Both the position numbers and the translations under genes were made by a program. Below, one piece after another: positions 26,258 to 34,746 of a DNA stretch of 64,000 nucleotides. Below the pieces are notes generated by a model, which was given only the letters and a program-made list of their open reading frames with translations, did not search any database and was not told where the DNA came from. Every line of letters begins with the position of its first letter. The first letter of the stretch is position 1. The stretch is from the NCBI GenBank assembly GCA_031413515.1, contig JANOFF010000155.1, positions 117-64,116 of the forward strand, given 5' to 3'. The stretch is from a bacterium (GTDB taxonomy: Bacteria > Myxococcota_A > UBA9160 > UBA4427).

Positions 26258-27877
26258 TCAGACCGCCGGTCGCATCGCCCCGAACACCGCGCTGAGGTGT
26301 TCGCTTCGCGCCGGATCGGCGCAGACGCCCGGCCGGTCGGGCATCCAGAGCGCGGCTTCGGCTCGGATCTCCAGTTGAAGCGCCTCGGCGAGAGCCAGGT
26401 TGGATTCGAGCTTCGCGAGCAACTCGTCTTCGCCGTACGCGTACTTCAGTTCGGCGTTCATCCGGGCCAGGAACTCGATCTCCGCATAGTCGACGAAGGC
26501 GCCGTGACGCGGCTCGCCGTCTCGCGAGTTGGCCGCCCAATCCCTGAAGAGAGCCTGCATGCGGATGTTCAGCGCGGCGAACCGCTGCATGATCGGGTGT
26601 GTCCGCTCGACGAAGCGCTCGTCGCATAGCCGATCGCTGAAGAAGAGAAGAGCGACGCCCCCCCAGTACATCGCGAAATCCCAGATCACCTTGGTGGTCA
26701 TCACGCGGGGGCTGCCCATGATCGGGTACTGGCGGTGGTAGTTGACGAGATAGGTGCGACCGAGGGATCGATACGCGCGGTCGTATCGCACGGCGACTTC
26801 GGAGATGTCTTCGCGGCGGAGATCCCGTGCGATCAGATCGCCCAGATAGCCGTTGCCGACGCCGATGAAATCGCTTCCGGGCGAGTAGAGGGGATCCAGG
26901 AAGAGACCGGCGTCGCCGACGAGCCCCCAGCGCTCGGCGCTGAATACCTGCTTGGCATCGTGCGAATAGTGGCGCAGCGCCTTGAAGTCGAGCCTCGCGT
27001 GTTCGAGGTTTCGTACGACATCGGCACATTGGGGTTCGTGGCGCTCGAGCCAGTCGAGCGCTCGATCGAAGGACGAGATCTCGGCGAACGAGTGCAGCAC
27101 TGCATCCGTCACGATGCCGACGCTCGTCCGGTCACCGGCGAGCGGGATCAGCCATACCCAGTAGCCCTCGCCCATCAGATGGTTGGTCGAGAGTCGTCGT
27201 GAGTGTTTGAGGCGGGAACTCCATTGCAGATCATCTGACCAATCGTCGAGGTCGATCGGGTGATCGATACGGAACCACGCCGCGTTCGCTGCGTGCCGGC
27301 TGGGCTTGGTGCCGCCGAGTTGTCGCTTCAGCAGCGACGCCCTGCCGCTGGCATCGATCAGCCAGCGACACTGCACCTGCTCGCTTCGTCCGCTTCGTTC
27401 GAGCTCGATCCGGTGATCGCGACCTTCTGCGCCGAGGTGCATCCCGCGCACCGCACAACCACGCTCGAAGTGGACTCCGAGCTCGAGTGCGCGGAAGGCG
27501 AGCGCATTCTCGAACTGACCGCGATCGATCTGGAAGCTCGGCACCGTCAGGAAATGGCTCGGGCCACATTCGAGCCGGCTGGCCACGTCCGTGTTGTCGT
27601 CACTGGAGAAGAGGAAGCGCAGTCCGAACTTCGGGAGTTCGTTCGAAAGCAGGTCGCCGAGACCGAGGACATCCACGAAATAGTGGCTGGCCATCTCGAC
27701 CGAAGACTCGCCGACCTTGTGGGCGGCGAAAGGGGCAGGGGATTCGTTCCTCTCGGCCACCAGCACCTGGATCTGCGGGAGGTTCTGTCGCAGCTGGATG
27801 GCGAGGCACAGCCCCGCCAGGCCTCCGCCGACGATCACGGCGTCATAGCGGTCCTGCAGCGCGGAGGGGATCGTCAT
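26258..27877 (-). CDS. flavin-dependent halogenase
   Basis: 539 aa from MTIPSAL (cat 27875-27877). GxGxxG (VIVGGGLAG), catalytic-Lys block HKVGES, WxWxIP (YWVWLIP) and FxxPxxSxG (FLDPLYSPG). Confidence 0.85.
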   Translation of the reverse strand: MTIPSALQDRYDAVIVGGGLAGLCLAIQLRQNLPQIQVLVAERNESPAPFAAHKVGESSVEMASHYFVDVLGLGDLLSNELPKFGLRFLFSSDDNTDVASRLECGPSHFLTVPSFQIDRGQFENALAFRALELGVHFERGCAVRGMHLGAEGRDHRIELERSGRSEQVQCRWLIDASGRASLLKRQLGGTKPSRHAANAAWFRIDHPIDLDDWSDDLQWSSRLKHSRRLSTNHLMGEGYWVWLIPLAGDRTSVGIVTDAVLHSFAEISSFDRALDWLERHEPQCADVVRNLEHARLDFKALRHYSHDAKQVFSAERWGLVGDAGLFLDPLYSPGSDFIGVGNGYLGDLIARDLRREDISEVAVRYDRAYRSLGRTYLVNYHRQYPIMGSPRVMTTKVIWDFAMYWGGVALLFFSDRLCDERFVERTHPIMQRFAALNIRMQALFRDWAANSRDGEPRHGAFVDYAEIEFLARMNAELKYAYGEDELLAKLESNLALAEALQLEIRAEAALWMPDRPGVCADPARSEHLSAVFGAMRPAV

Positions 27878-28623
27878 CCTGCGAGACCGCCGTTCACCGA
27901 GATCACTTGACCCGTGATGTATGACGCGTCGCGCGAAAAGAGGAAGGCAACGGTCCCAGCCACTTCGTCGGCGCGTCCGAATCGCTTCATCGGAATGAGC
28001 CGGGAGAGCTCTTCTCGGGGAAGCCCGGCCACCATCTCGGTGTCGATCAGCCCCGGGGCGACGCTGTTGACGGTGATGCTCCGGCTCGCGAGCTCGAGCG
28101 ACAGGGACTTCGTCGCGCCGATCAATCCCGCCTTGGAGGCGCTGTAGTTGACCTGCCCGCGGTTTCCGAGAACACCGGCCGCCGAGGCGATCGTCACGAT
28201 CCGACCTCCCCGGCGCGCGCGGACCATGGCCATCAGGAGTGGCCGCAGTACGTTGAAGAAGCCGCCGAGGTTCGTGTCCAGGACGCGATCCCATGCGTCT
28301 TCGCTCATGCCCGGAAACGCGGCATCGGCATGCACGCCCGCATTGCAGACCACGCCGTAGTATGCGCCGCTCTTTGCGATGTCCTCTTCGATCGCCGCCC
28401 GGCAGGCGGTGCGATCCGAAACATCGAAGGCGAGCAGTTCCGCTTCGCCGCCGGCCTTCCGGATCGACTCGGCGGTCTCCTCGGCGTCGTCCTGGCGCGA
28501 TCGATAGTTGATGACGACCGGGTGGCCGGCAGCCGCAAGCCTCTGGGCGATCGCGCGACCGATTCCACGACTGGCACCAGTGACCAAGGCTCGTCCGCTC
28601 AAACCAGGCTCCGACCAGGACAC
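27874..28623 (-). CDS. fabG: 3-oxoacyl-ACP reductase (ApeQ-like)
   Basis: GTG 28623. TGASRGIGRAIA, NAG, the Y-x3-K catalytic motif (YSASK) and a C-terminal ITGQVISVNGG. Its stop overlaps the halogenase start (ATGA). Confidence 0.9.
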   Translation of the reverse strand: MSWSEPGLSGRALVTGASRGIGRAIAQRLAAAGHPVVINYRSRQDDAEETAESIRKAGGEAELLAFDVSDRTACRAAIEEDIAKSGAYYGVVCNAGVHADAAFPGMSEDAWDRVLDTNLGGFFNVLRPLLMAMVRARRGGRIVTIASAAGVLGNRGQVNYSASKAGLIGATKSLSLELASRSITVNSVAPGLIDTEMVAGLPREELSRLIPMKRFGRADEVAGTVAFLFSRDASYITGQVISVNGGLAG

Positions 28624-28977
28624 ATCGACGGGACGCGGCCCGTACTGTGCCCCACCGAGATCGACGGCCGAAGGGAGGGCTTCGTGTTTCCTGCGGCTCG
28701 AACCGATCGGGCAAGCATACTCGCGTGTATCCGGCCTCACCACTCGTCGGAGCGCTACGCAGCGGTGATCGCCGACGGGAAGGCCGCACGCGTGACCGAT
28801 CAAGGATGGATCCGGTACTGTACTCGCGCGACGGATATCGCCCGCTGGTCGTCGGTTCGGGTGCTGCGAACGGACGCAGGAATCCGGAACCCGACCTGGA
28901 AATATCTCGATGGATCTGTGGTTCGAGCAGAAAAGCGCCGCCCGCCCCGGACGCGAGGCAGGTCGAGAGTCCTCACG

Positions 28978-30375
28978 GTGAGAGTCGCCTTCATCTCGGG
29001 CAATCGCGAGAAACTTCCGGACGCGGTGATCCCGCTCGGGATCCTCTGGGTGGCGGCGAGCCTCCCGGATCGCCACGCGAAGATCATGCTGGATCTGTGC
29101 TTCGAAGATTCGCCGCTCGAGTTCGTGCGCGATCGGTTGGTGGCCTTCGCGCCGGAAGTCGTGGCGGTCGGCATGCGCAACATCCAATCCGCCGACTACA
29201 GCGGGACCGCCGACACCATCGCCTACTACGAACAGCTCCTCGCGGCCATCCGCGCGTGTACGGCCGCCCCCATCGTGATGGGCGGGAGCGGGTTCTCCGT
29301 GATGCCGGGCGATCTGATGCGAAGACTGCGGCCCGACTATGGGATCGCGGGCGAGGCCGAGAAGTCGTTCCCGGCGCTCATCGAAGCACTCGAGTCGGGA
29401 GTCGGATTCTCCGCGATCGGCAACCTCCATCGCTTCGTGGACGGAGAACTGGTCTCGAATCCCCCGGCCAGGGGCTTCCTCGACATGGACACGTTGCCCT
29501 TTCCCGATCGATCGCTCGTGGACCCGCGCCACTACGCGGAATACGGCATCGAGGGAGTGCAGACCAAGCGCGGCTGTCCGCTGCGATGCGAGTACTGCAC
29601 CTATCCGATCATCGAAGGACGCGTCGGCCGGACTCGCGCACCGTCGGTCGTGGTCGATGAACTCGAGTCGATCCTCCGGGACCAGCCCGCTCTCAAGCAC
29701 GTCTTCTTCGTCGACTCGGTCTTCAACCTGCCGCGTGCGCATGCCAAATCGGTGTGCCGCGAGATGATCGAGCGCGACGTGAAGATCCCGTGGACCTGCT
29801 ACGCGAATCCACTGGGGTTCGACGCCGAACTCGCGAAGCTGATGAAGGCCGCCGGCTGCGCTGGCATGGAGGTGGGCGCCGATTCGGGCTCGGATCGTCT
29901 GCTCGATGCTCTCGGCAAGGGATTCACGACCGAGCAGATCCGGTCGCTGAGTCGCCTCGCCAAAGAAGAGGGAATCCCCGACTGCCACACCTTCCTGCTC
30001 GGAACGCCGGGCGAAGACTTCGACGACGTCCAGCGTACGCTCGAGTTCATTCTCGACCTCGATCCGTTCAGCGCCATCCTGATGGCCTGGGTGGACGACT
30101 ACGAGGCGCTCGATCCGGAACTGGCGCGCGAGCGCAGGAAGCTGCGCGAGTCCGTTCTCGAACTGCTCGATGCGCGCAAGAGCGAGTTTCCCTGGTGGAG
30201 CATTCCTTCGCTCGGTGTCAACTACGACCCGGCGCTGTTCTCGATCCTGCGCAAGCGGGGATTCCACGGACCGCTCTGGCAGCACATCCGCGGGATGGTC
30301 GCTCCGCGCAGGCGCCGTGCCCGGCGGATCGGTGATCGCGGAAGACAGGTGTCCACCGGAACGTCGAGCACTTGA
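28978..30375 (+). CDS. B12-binding-domain (class B) radical SAM enzyme
   Basis: GTG 28978 (MRVAFISGN...) within ORF 28330..30375. N-terminal Rossmann-like cobalamin domain, then CPLRCEYCTYP (CxxxCxxC). Confidence 0.85.
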   Translation: MRVAFISGNREKLPDAVIPLGILWVAASLPDRHAKIMLDLCFEDSPLEFVRDRLVAFAPEVVAVGMRNIQSADYSGTADTIAYYEQLLAAIRACTAAPIVMGGSGFSVMPGDLMRRLRPDYGIAGEAEKSFPALIEALESGVGFSAIGNLHRFVDGELVSNPPARGFLDMDTLPFPDRSLVDPRHYAEYGIEGVQTKRGCPLRCEYCTYPIIEGRVGRTRAPSVVVDELESILRDQPALKHVFFVDSVFNLPRAHAKSVCREMIERDVKIPWTCYANPLGFDAELAKLMKAAGCAGMEVGADSGSDRLLDALGKGFTTEQIRSLSRLAKEEGIPDCHTFLLGTPGEDFDDVQRTLEFILDLDPFSAILMAWVDDYEALDPELARERRKLRESVLELLDARKSEFPWWSIPSLGVNYDPALFSILRKRGFHGPLWQHIRGMVAPRRRRARRIGDRGRQVSTGTSST

Positions 30376-30446
30376 TGCAGAGCAACGAGGTTGGACGGAC
30401 CCGGTACCGGGCGCAGGAGCGACCGTCACCACTCGAGGAGGATGAA

Positions 30447-30893
30447 ATGCGGGCAGCCAGGAAGGGCCAGGTTTCCGGAAATCGCGCGATGCTGTTGATC
30501 GTCGTCGCGGTGCTGGTCGGATCGGTGGGATCCGTGATTTCGTGTGCGTCCGACGTTCCGCCCACGGTGACGAGGAACTACGGATTCCCGATCGAGAAGA
30601 AGATGGACATCTTCGTGATGACGCCCGACGAGAGGCCCCGGATCACGGAGTCGCTGACGAAAGTCGGTCTCAAACCGGTCGAAGCGCGAACTACGGTCGG
30701 CTACACGCTCGATATCCGGCTGGGCGGCAATCGACGCACACAGGCCTGCGGAAGCGTCCGCAACGTCACGTACATCCTGAGCGGACCGACTGGACGAATG
30801 CTCGTCATCAAGGGACGCGGCCCGACGGGCACCTGTCAGCCGAACATCCTCGACCAGATGAGCGCGAAACTCGCCTCGCTGGCCACGTCCTGA
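30447..30893 (+). CDS. lipoprotein, unknown function
   Basis: Start at MRAARKG (ATG 30447). Signal plus lipobox-like VISCAS. 148 aa. Confidence 0.6.
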   Translation: MRAARKGQVSGNRAMLLIVVAVLVGSVGSVISCASDVPPTVTRNYGFPIEKKMDIFVMTPDERPRITESLTKVGLKPVEARTTVGYTLDIRLGGNRRTQACGSVRNVTYILSGPTGRMLVIKGRGPTGTCQPNILDQMSAKLASLATS

Positions 30894-30936
30894 CTCGAGG
30901 TCGACTCCGAGCGGCGATGTCCGAAAGCGATGCCGG

Positions 30937-32025
30937 CTATGAGGGCGGGTCGTGTCTGACCGATGTGAGCACGGATCGCCCGATCAGGAAGACGACGCCG
31001 GGCAGCATCCAGAGGATCTCGCGAAGTCGGACCGCGAGTCCCACCGCCAGGCCGACATCCGCGGGATAGCCGAGCATCTCGAACATCCACATCTGTGAGC
31101 CCTCGAGCACGCCGACCCCGGCCGGTATCGGGAACATGTGCGCGGCGCCGGTGGCGAACATCGCGGCCACCACCGTGATGGGGGTCGTGGGGAGATCGAA
31201 CGCCTCGAGGAGGCACACGAACTCCACGACCACCAGCAGATTCGCGAAGAGCCCGGCCGCGAAGGCCACGCCCATCCTGCGGTGCTGTCTCGACAACACC
31301 GCCGTCGATGATTCGGCGTGCTCGATGTGGTCGCGTTGCGCATCGACGATCGGCCAGCGAGAAGCGCCCGTGCTCCGCATCAAGGCGCTGACGAGCCCGG
31401 CTCCACTGCGGAGGCGTCGCACCGCGATGACGACGCCGAGTGTGAGGGCGATCGTCCCGACCGCAATGCTCACGAGCACGTTCTCCAGCCGGGGCACACC
31501 GTACTGCAACAGCATCACGGCGAACATGATGCTGAATGGCGTCGCCGCACCGATCTCGAGCGTCCGATCGACCACCGTACTCGCGATCGAATGGCCGGCC
31601 GAGAGTCCAGAGCGACTGCTGAGCCACGCTCGCAGCGGATCGCCACCGAGCTTCGCGCTCGGGATCAGCACGGCCAGGGTGTGTGCGGCGCTTCGATACA
31701 GGGTCAGGATCGGCAGGCTGGGCGGTGTCGAGAGCCCGCCGATGATGTACCGCCAGCGCCATGACAGACAGACGATCGTCGCGGTCGTCGCGATCGCGAA
31801 GCTCGCGAACCAGCCCGGCGAGAAGTCGAGCCGCAGGATTGCCACGGCCTGCGAACCATACGCCCGCATCACGTATGCGAGCACCCCGACGCCCAACGCC
31901 AGGTTGCCCCAGATGAACAGCCGCGAGCGGGTGAGCAGCCGTGAGCCGGTGAACAGCCGTGAGCGAATGGACAGCCGTGAGCGGGATCCAGGAGAACCCG
32001 AGCCGTTCGCTTGCCTGGACGTCAC
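30937..32025 (-). CDS. UPF0104 / flippase-like (LPG-synthase TM-type) membrane protein
   Basis: 362 aa with about 8 TM helices. KLGGDPLRAWL and GVGVLEGS blocks are typical of this family. Arg/Ser/Leu hexapeptide repeats at the N-terminus. Confidence 0.7.
   Translation of the reverse strand: MTSRQANGSGSPGSRSRLSIRSRLFTGSRLLTRSRLFIWGNLALGVGVLAYVMRAYGSQAVAILRLDFSPGWFASFAIATTATIVCLSWRWRYIIGGLSTPPSLPILTLYRSAAHTLAVLIPSAKLGGDPLRAWLSSRSGLSAGHSIASTVVDRTLEIGAATPFSIMFAVMLLQYGVPRLENVLVSIAVGTIALTLGVVIAVRRLRSGAGLVSALMRSTGASRWPIVDAQRDHIEHAESSTAVLSRQHRRMGVAFAAGLFANLLVVVEFVCLLEAFDLPTTPITVVAAMFATGAAHMFPIPAGVGVLEGSQMWMFEMLGYPADVGLAVGLAVRLREILWMLPGVVFLIGRSVLTSVRHDPPS
31913..31984. repeat. imperfect 18-bp tandem repeat x4 at the 5' end of the UPF0104 gene
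   Basis: ATGAACAGCCGCGAGCGG / GTGAGCAGCCGTGAGCCG / GTGAACAGCCGTGAGCGA / ATGGACAGCCGTGAGCGG. Encodes the RSRLxx repeats. Confidence 0.85.
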
Positions 32026-32044
32026 GCCGGCACGGTCCGCCCCC

Positions 32045-33232
32045 TCAGAACGCGGGGGTGGGACTCGTCGCCTGGACCGGTGCGTATCCGTCGATCGTCG
32101 CCCCGATGGCGAGGCACTCGCCGAGAATCACCTCGAAGGGTCGCTGATCCACGACCTCGAACTGGCTGGCCTCGATTTCGAATCGCGCGCCGGCTTCGTC
32201 GTACGGCGCGACACCGGGCGAACCCGCCGTGAGCACGCCGATGATCGGCAGCAGGCGCTGCTGGATCTCGCGCGCCTCACGGGTCGAGATCACGACCTTC
32301 GCATCGGGGAAGCGCGCGGAGAGCAGGGCGACCACGCGTGCGAGATCGTCGTCGCTGACGCCGCGACGATGCTCGGCCCCGCTCGCCTTCCGGAGGCGCG
32401 GCAAGCTGATGTAGACCTGCAGGCCGAGCGCGGTGAGGTGTCGGACGTGCGCGCAGAGAGTGATCAGCTCGTAGGCGAGGTCGTGGTTGAGCCCGAGCAG
32501 GACACCAGGATTGACGGACCGCATGCCCGCTTCGGCAGCGCGATCGAAGTTCTGCAGCCTGCGCTCGAATCCGCAACGCGGATTGTCCGGCGTCGACCCC
32601 ATGAACTTGGCGTAGACGGTCGGGTCGTAGGTCTCCTGGAACGTGCACATCGTGACGTGCGGCGCGAGGGCGTCATCTCCGTCGCGGGCGATCCCGGTCA
32701 GCAGTCCCGCGTACTCGTCGGCATCGATCGATCCGACGTTGATCAGGACGTGCGAGAAGCCTCGATCGAGTGCAGCGCGCGTCGCCGCTGCGGCGCGCTT
32801 CAGCATGGTCTGGCGTCGTGCTCCGTGGCGATACTCGCCGGAGAGCACGGCCACTGCACGGATGCCGCGGCGATGCAGGATGTCGAGTTGCTCGTCGACC
32901 GTGGCCTGATCGGCGGTCTCGCGCTTCAGCGCGCGATTGTTCGACCGCATGCCGCACATCAGACACTCGCCGTCGCATTCGTTGGTGATGTAGAGCGGCG
33001 AGAAGGTCTCGATCTGCGGTGGTCCGACGGGACGCCGGGCTCGCGCGATCCCGATCAACTCATCCGTCGGCAGATCCTTCGAGAGGAGGAGAGTCGCCAC
33101 CGAGACGTCATCCAGCGCCTCACCCGAGCGAAGTCGCGCGGCCAGTGCCGGTGCTGCGCCGTCCCGGGCGCGTGCGGCAGCCAGTGCGCTGTCTTTCGCG
33201 ATCGCGTCGGAATCAATCGAGAAGTGGGGCAT
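32045..33232 (-). CDS. ThiH/HydG-family radical SAM enzyme (aromatic amino-acid lyase-like)
   Basis: 395 aa. Cluster motif ITNECDGECLMCG. Downstream blocks FQETY, LPRLRK and ISTREA resemble ThiH-type TIM-barrel radical SAM lyases. No C-terminal second-cluster Cys motif (so unlike HydG). Confidence 0.75.
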   Translation of the reverse strand: MPHFSIDSDAIAKDSALAAARARDGAAPALAARLRSGEALDDVSVATLLLSKDLPTDELIGIARARRPVGPPQIETFSPLYITNECDGECLMCGMRSNNRALKRETADQATVDEQLDILHRRGIRAVAVLSGEYRHGARRQTMLKRAAAATRAALDRGFSHVLINVGSIDADEYAGLLTGIARDGDDALAPHVTMCTFQETYDPTVYAKFMGSTPDNPRCGFERRLQNFDRAAEAGMRSVNPGVLLGLNHDLAYELITLCAHVRHLTALGLQVYISLPRLRKASGAEHRRGVSDDDLARVVALLSARFPDAKVVISTREAREIQQRLLPIIGVLTAGSPGVAPYDEAGARFEIEASQFEVVDQRPFEVILGECLAIGATIDGYAPVQATSPTPAF

Positions 33233-33244
33233 TCGGGCTAGATA

Positions 33245-34681
33245 TCACCGAGTGGGACGCTTGGCCACTCGCAGGTCACGTCGCAGTCTGCGTTTGCGCA
33301 GTGCGCCGCGCACCCCACGGGACAGCATCTCGAGCAGTTCGCGCAGGCCGATGCTCGGCCACTCGATCAGGCCCTGGCTGATCGAGATCAGCTGACGTCC
33401 CGGACGCGTCCAGTTGCTCACGAGCACCGGCTTGTAGACGCTCGGGCTCCGCCCGATCTGACCGACGTCCAACACCGAATTCGGAAGTGTGCACTCCACC
33501 TCGACCGGGATCTCTCCGAGATGCGAGCGCAGTGCGTCCAGGGCCACAGCGGTGCGCGTCGAGCGGGGATCAGGCACCTCGATGCGGAAAACCAGCCGAT
33601 CCGGCATCGCGATCGCGAAGAATATCGAGCTGTCGAGGGCATCGGCGGCGGCCGCACCGGCCTCGATGATCTCGTAGGGGTAGAGGCCTCGTCCGGCCAG
33701 CTCGACGATCTCGCTTTCGCGGCCGAGCACGATGATGCCGGGACGCGGATCGCCACACGCGCAGGGCGCGAGCCGCCGGACGATGTCGCCGGTCTCGAAG
33801 CGCACGAGAGGGCTGCCCTCGATGCCGAGCGTCGTGACGATCAGCCGGGCCTCCTCGCCGATCGCGGCCTGCTCGTCGCGGTCGAGCCTCTGAAACTCGC
33901 AGTGCGACAGTTCGGTCTCGAGATGCAGCGTCCGCTCGCGACACCCCGTGCCGAGCAGCATCGTCTCGGTCGATCCGTAGAGTTCGATCACCCGGGCGCC
34001 ACCGTAGATCCGTTCGATGCGCTTCTGCAGAACCGGCGGCAGGGGCGAGCCGCCGAGGAAGAACGTCTCGAACGCCGTCGCTCTGGCGGGATCGAGTCCG
34101 CGCGCCCTGGCGATCTGCGCCAGGATGATCGGCTCGATCGGAAAGCCCGCGAGCACGTGCGCGCCGGTGCGCTGCGCCAGTTCGAGTGCGCGCGGGAACG
34201 GCACGTCCCAGTTGATGTTGCCCGCGGGTATCGAGACCCCGCCGCCCTGCTGCGCGACCAGTTGGATGAGATGCGCGGGTGCGGCCATGAAGGGAAAGCG
34301 GTTCAACACGATCTTGCCCGCTGCGAACACGTCGGGATGTCGCTCCGCGATCCGCCGGGCATTGCGCGTCAAGTCATCACTCGTGAGCCAGGTCGAGTTG
34401 GCTCCGCCCGCACCGCCCGAACTGGTGCCCGAAGTCTCGCCGTAGTGGCAGATCCGTTCGATCGGCACCGCGCGCGTGCCGGTCAGCCCGGCTCGCTGGA
34501 GATCGGCCCGCGTCGTCAGGGCGATCCGTCCGAATGCTTCGAGATCGGTCAGCTGGACGTCGCGCAACCGGTCGGCATACAGCGCGCTGTGTCGCGCGCG
34601 GGCGACTGTCTGGCGGAGAGCGTCGAGCACTTCCATGCCCGGACCCGAAATGCTAACAGTCCGCTCGATCGCGCTGATCAT
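33245..34681 (-). CDS. PaaK / coenzyme F390 synthetase-like adenylate-forming enzyme
   Basis: 478 aa from MISAIE (cat 34679-34681). ANL blocks (YGSTE, FETGD, a Lys-containing tail). The P-loop is expanded and Gly/Ser-rich (ETSGTSSGGAGGANS). Confidence 0.75.
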   Translation of the reverse strand: MISAIERTVSISGPGMEVLDALRQTVARARHSALYADRLRDVQLTDLEAFGRIALTTRADLQRAGLTGTRAVPIERICHYGETSGTSSGGAGGANSTWLTSDDLTRNARRIAERHPDVFAAGKIVLNRFPFMAAPAHLIQLVAQQGGGVSIPAGNINWDVPFPRALELAQRTGAHVLAGFPIEPIILAQIARARGLDPARATAFETFFLGGSPLPPVLQKRIERIYGGARVIELYGSTETMLLGTGCRERTLHLETELSHCEFQRLDRDEQAAIGEEARLIVTTLGIEGSPLVRFETGDIVRRLAPCACGDPRPGIIVLGRESEIVELAGRGLYPYEIIEAGAAAADALDSSIFFAIAMPDRLVFRIEVPDPRSTRTAVALDALRSHLGEIPVEVECTLPNSVLDVGQIGRSPSVYKPVLVSNWTRPGRQLISISQGLIEWPSIGLRELLEMLSRGVRGALRKRRLRRDLRVAKRPTR

Positions 34682-34746
34682 CAAACGGAATCCTGCACCA
34701 TATGCGTCGAGCTGGTCAAGTACGCCGCACCCGTCGGGCGGACGCC

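Noticed and set aside
28624-28977. Possible cobalamin riboswitch in front of the B12-binding radical SAM gene
   Set aside because: The spacer has some nested stems and a GGAATCC element (about 28850-28895). I could not find a B12-box (GCCACTG-like) or the overall consensus architecture. This would need an Infernal scan before any claim.
27878-30432. Upstream extensions of run-on ORFs 26258..28789 and 27874..30432 (and likewise 17012..18901 and 22850..25096)
   Set aside because: In each case the recognisable domain occupies only the 3' part. A start codon that overlaps the previous gene's stop fits the family length. The extensions overlap other supported genes.
28978-32025. Hopanoid side-chain module interpretation (HpnJ-like B12 radical SAM + HpnL-like UPF0104 protein)
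   Set aside because: The family resemblance is only generic. There is no squalene-hopene cyclase and no hpnH, hpnG, hpnI or hpnK in the window, and the two genes are on opposite strands. The polyene-cluster context seems a better working hypothesis. This interpretation remains an alternative to test.
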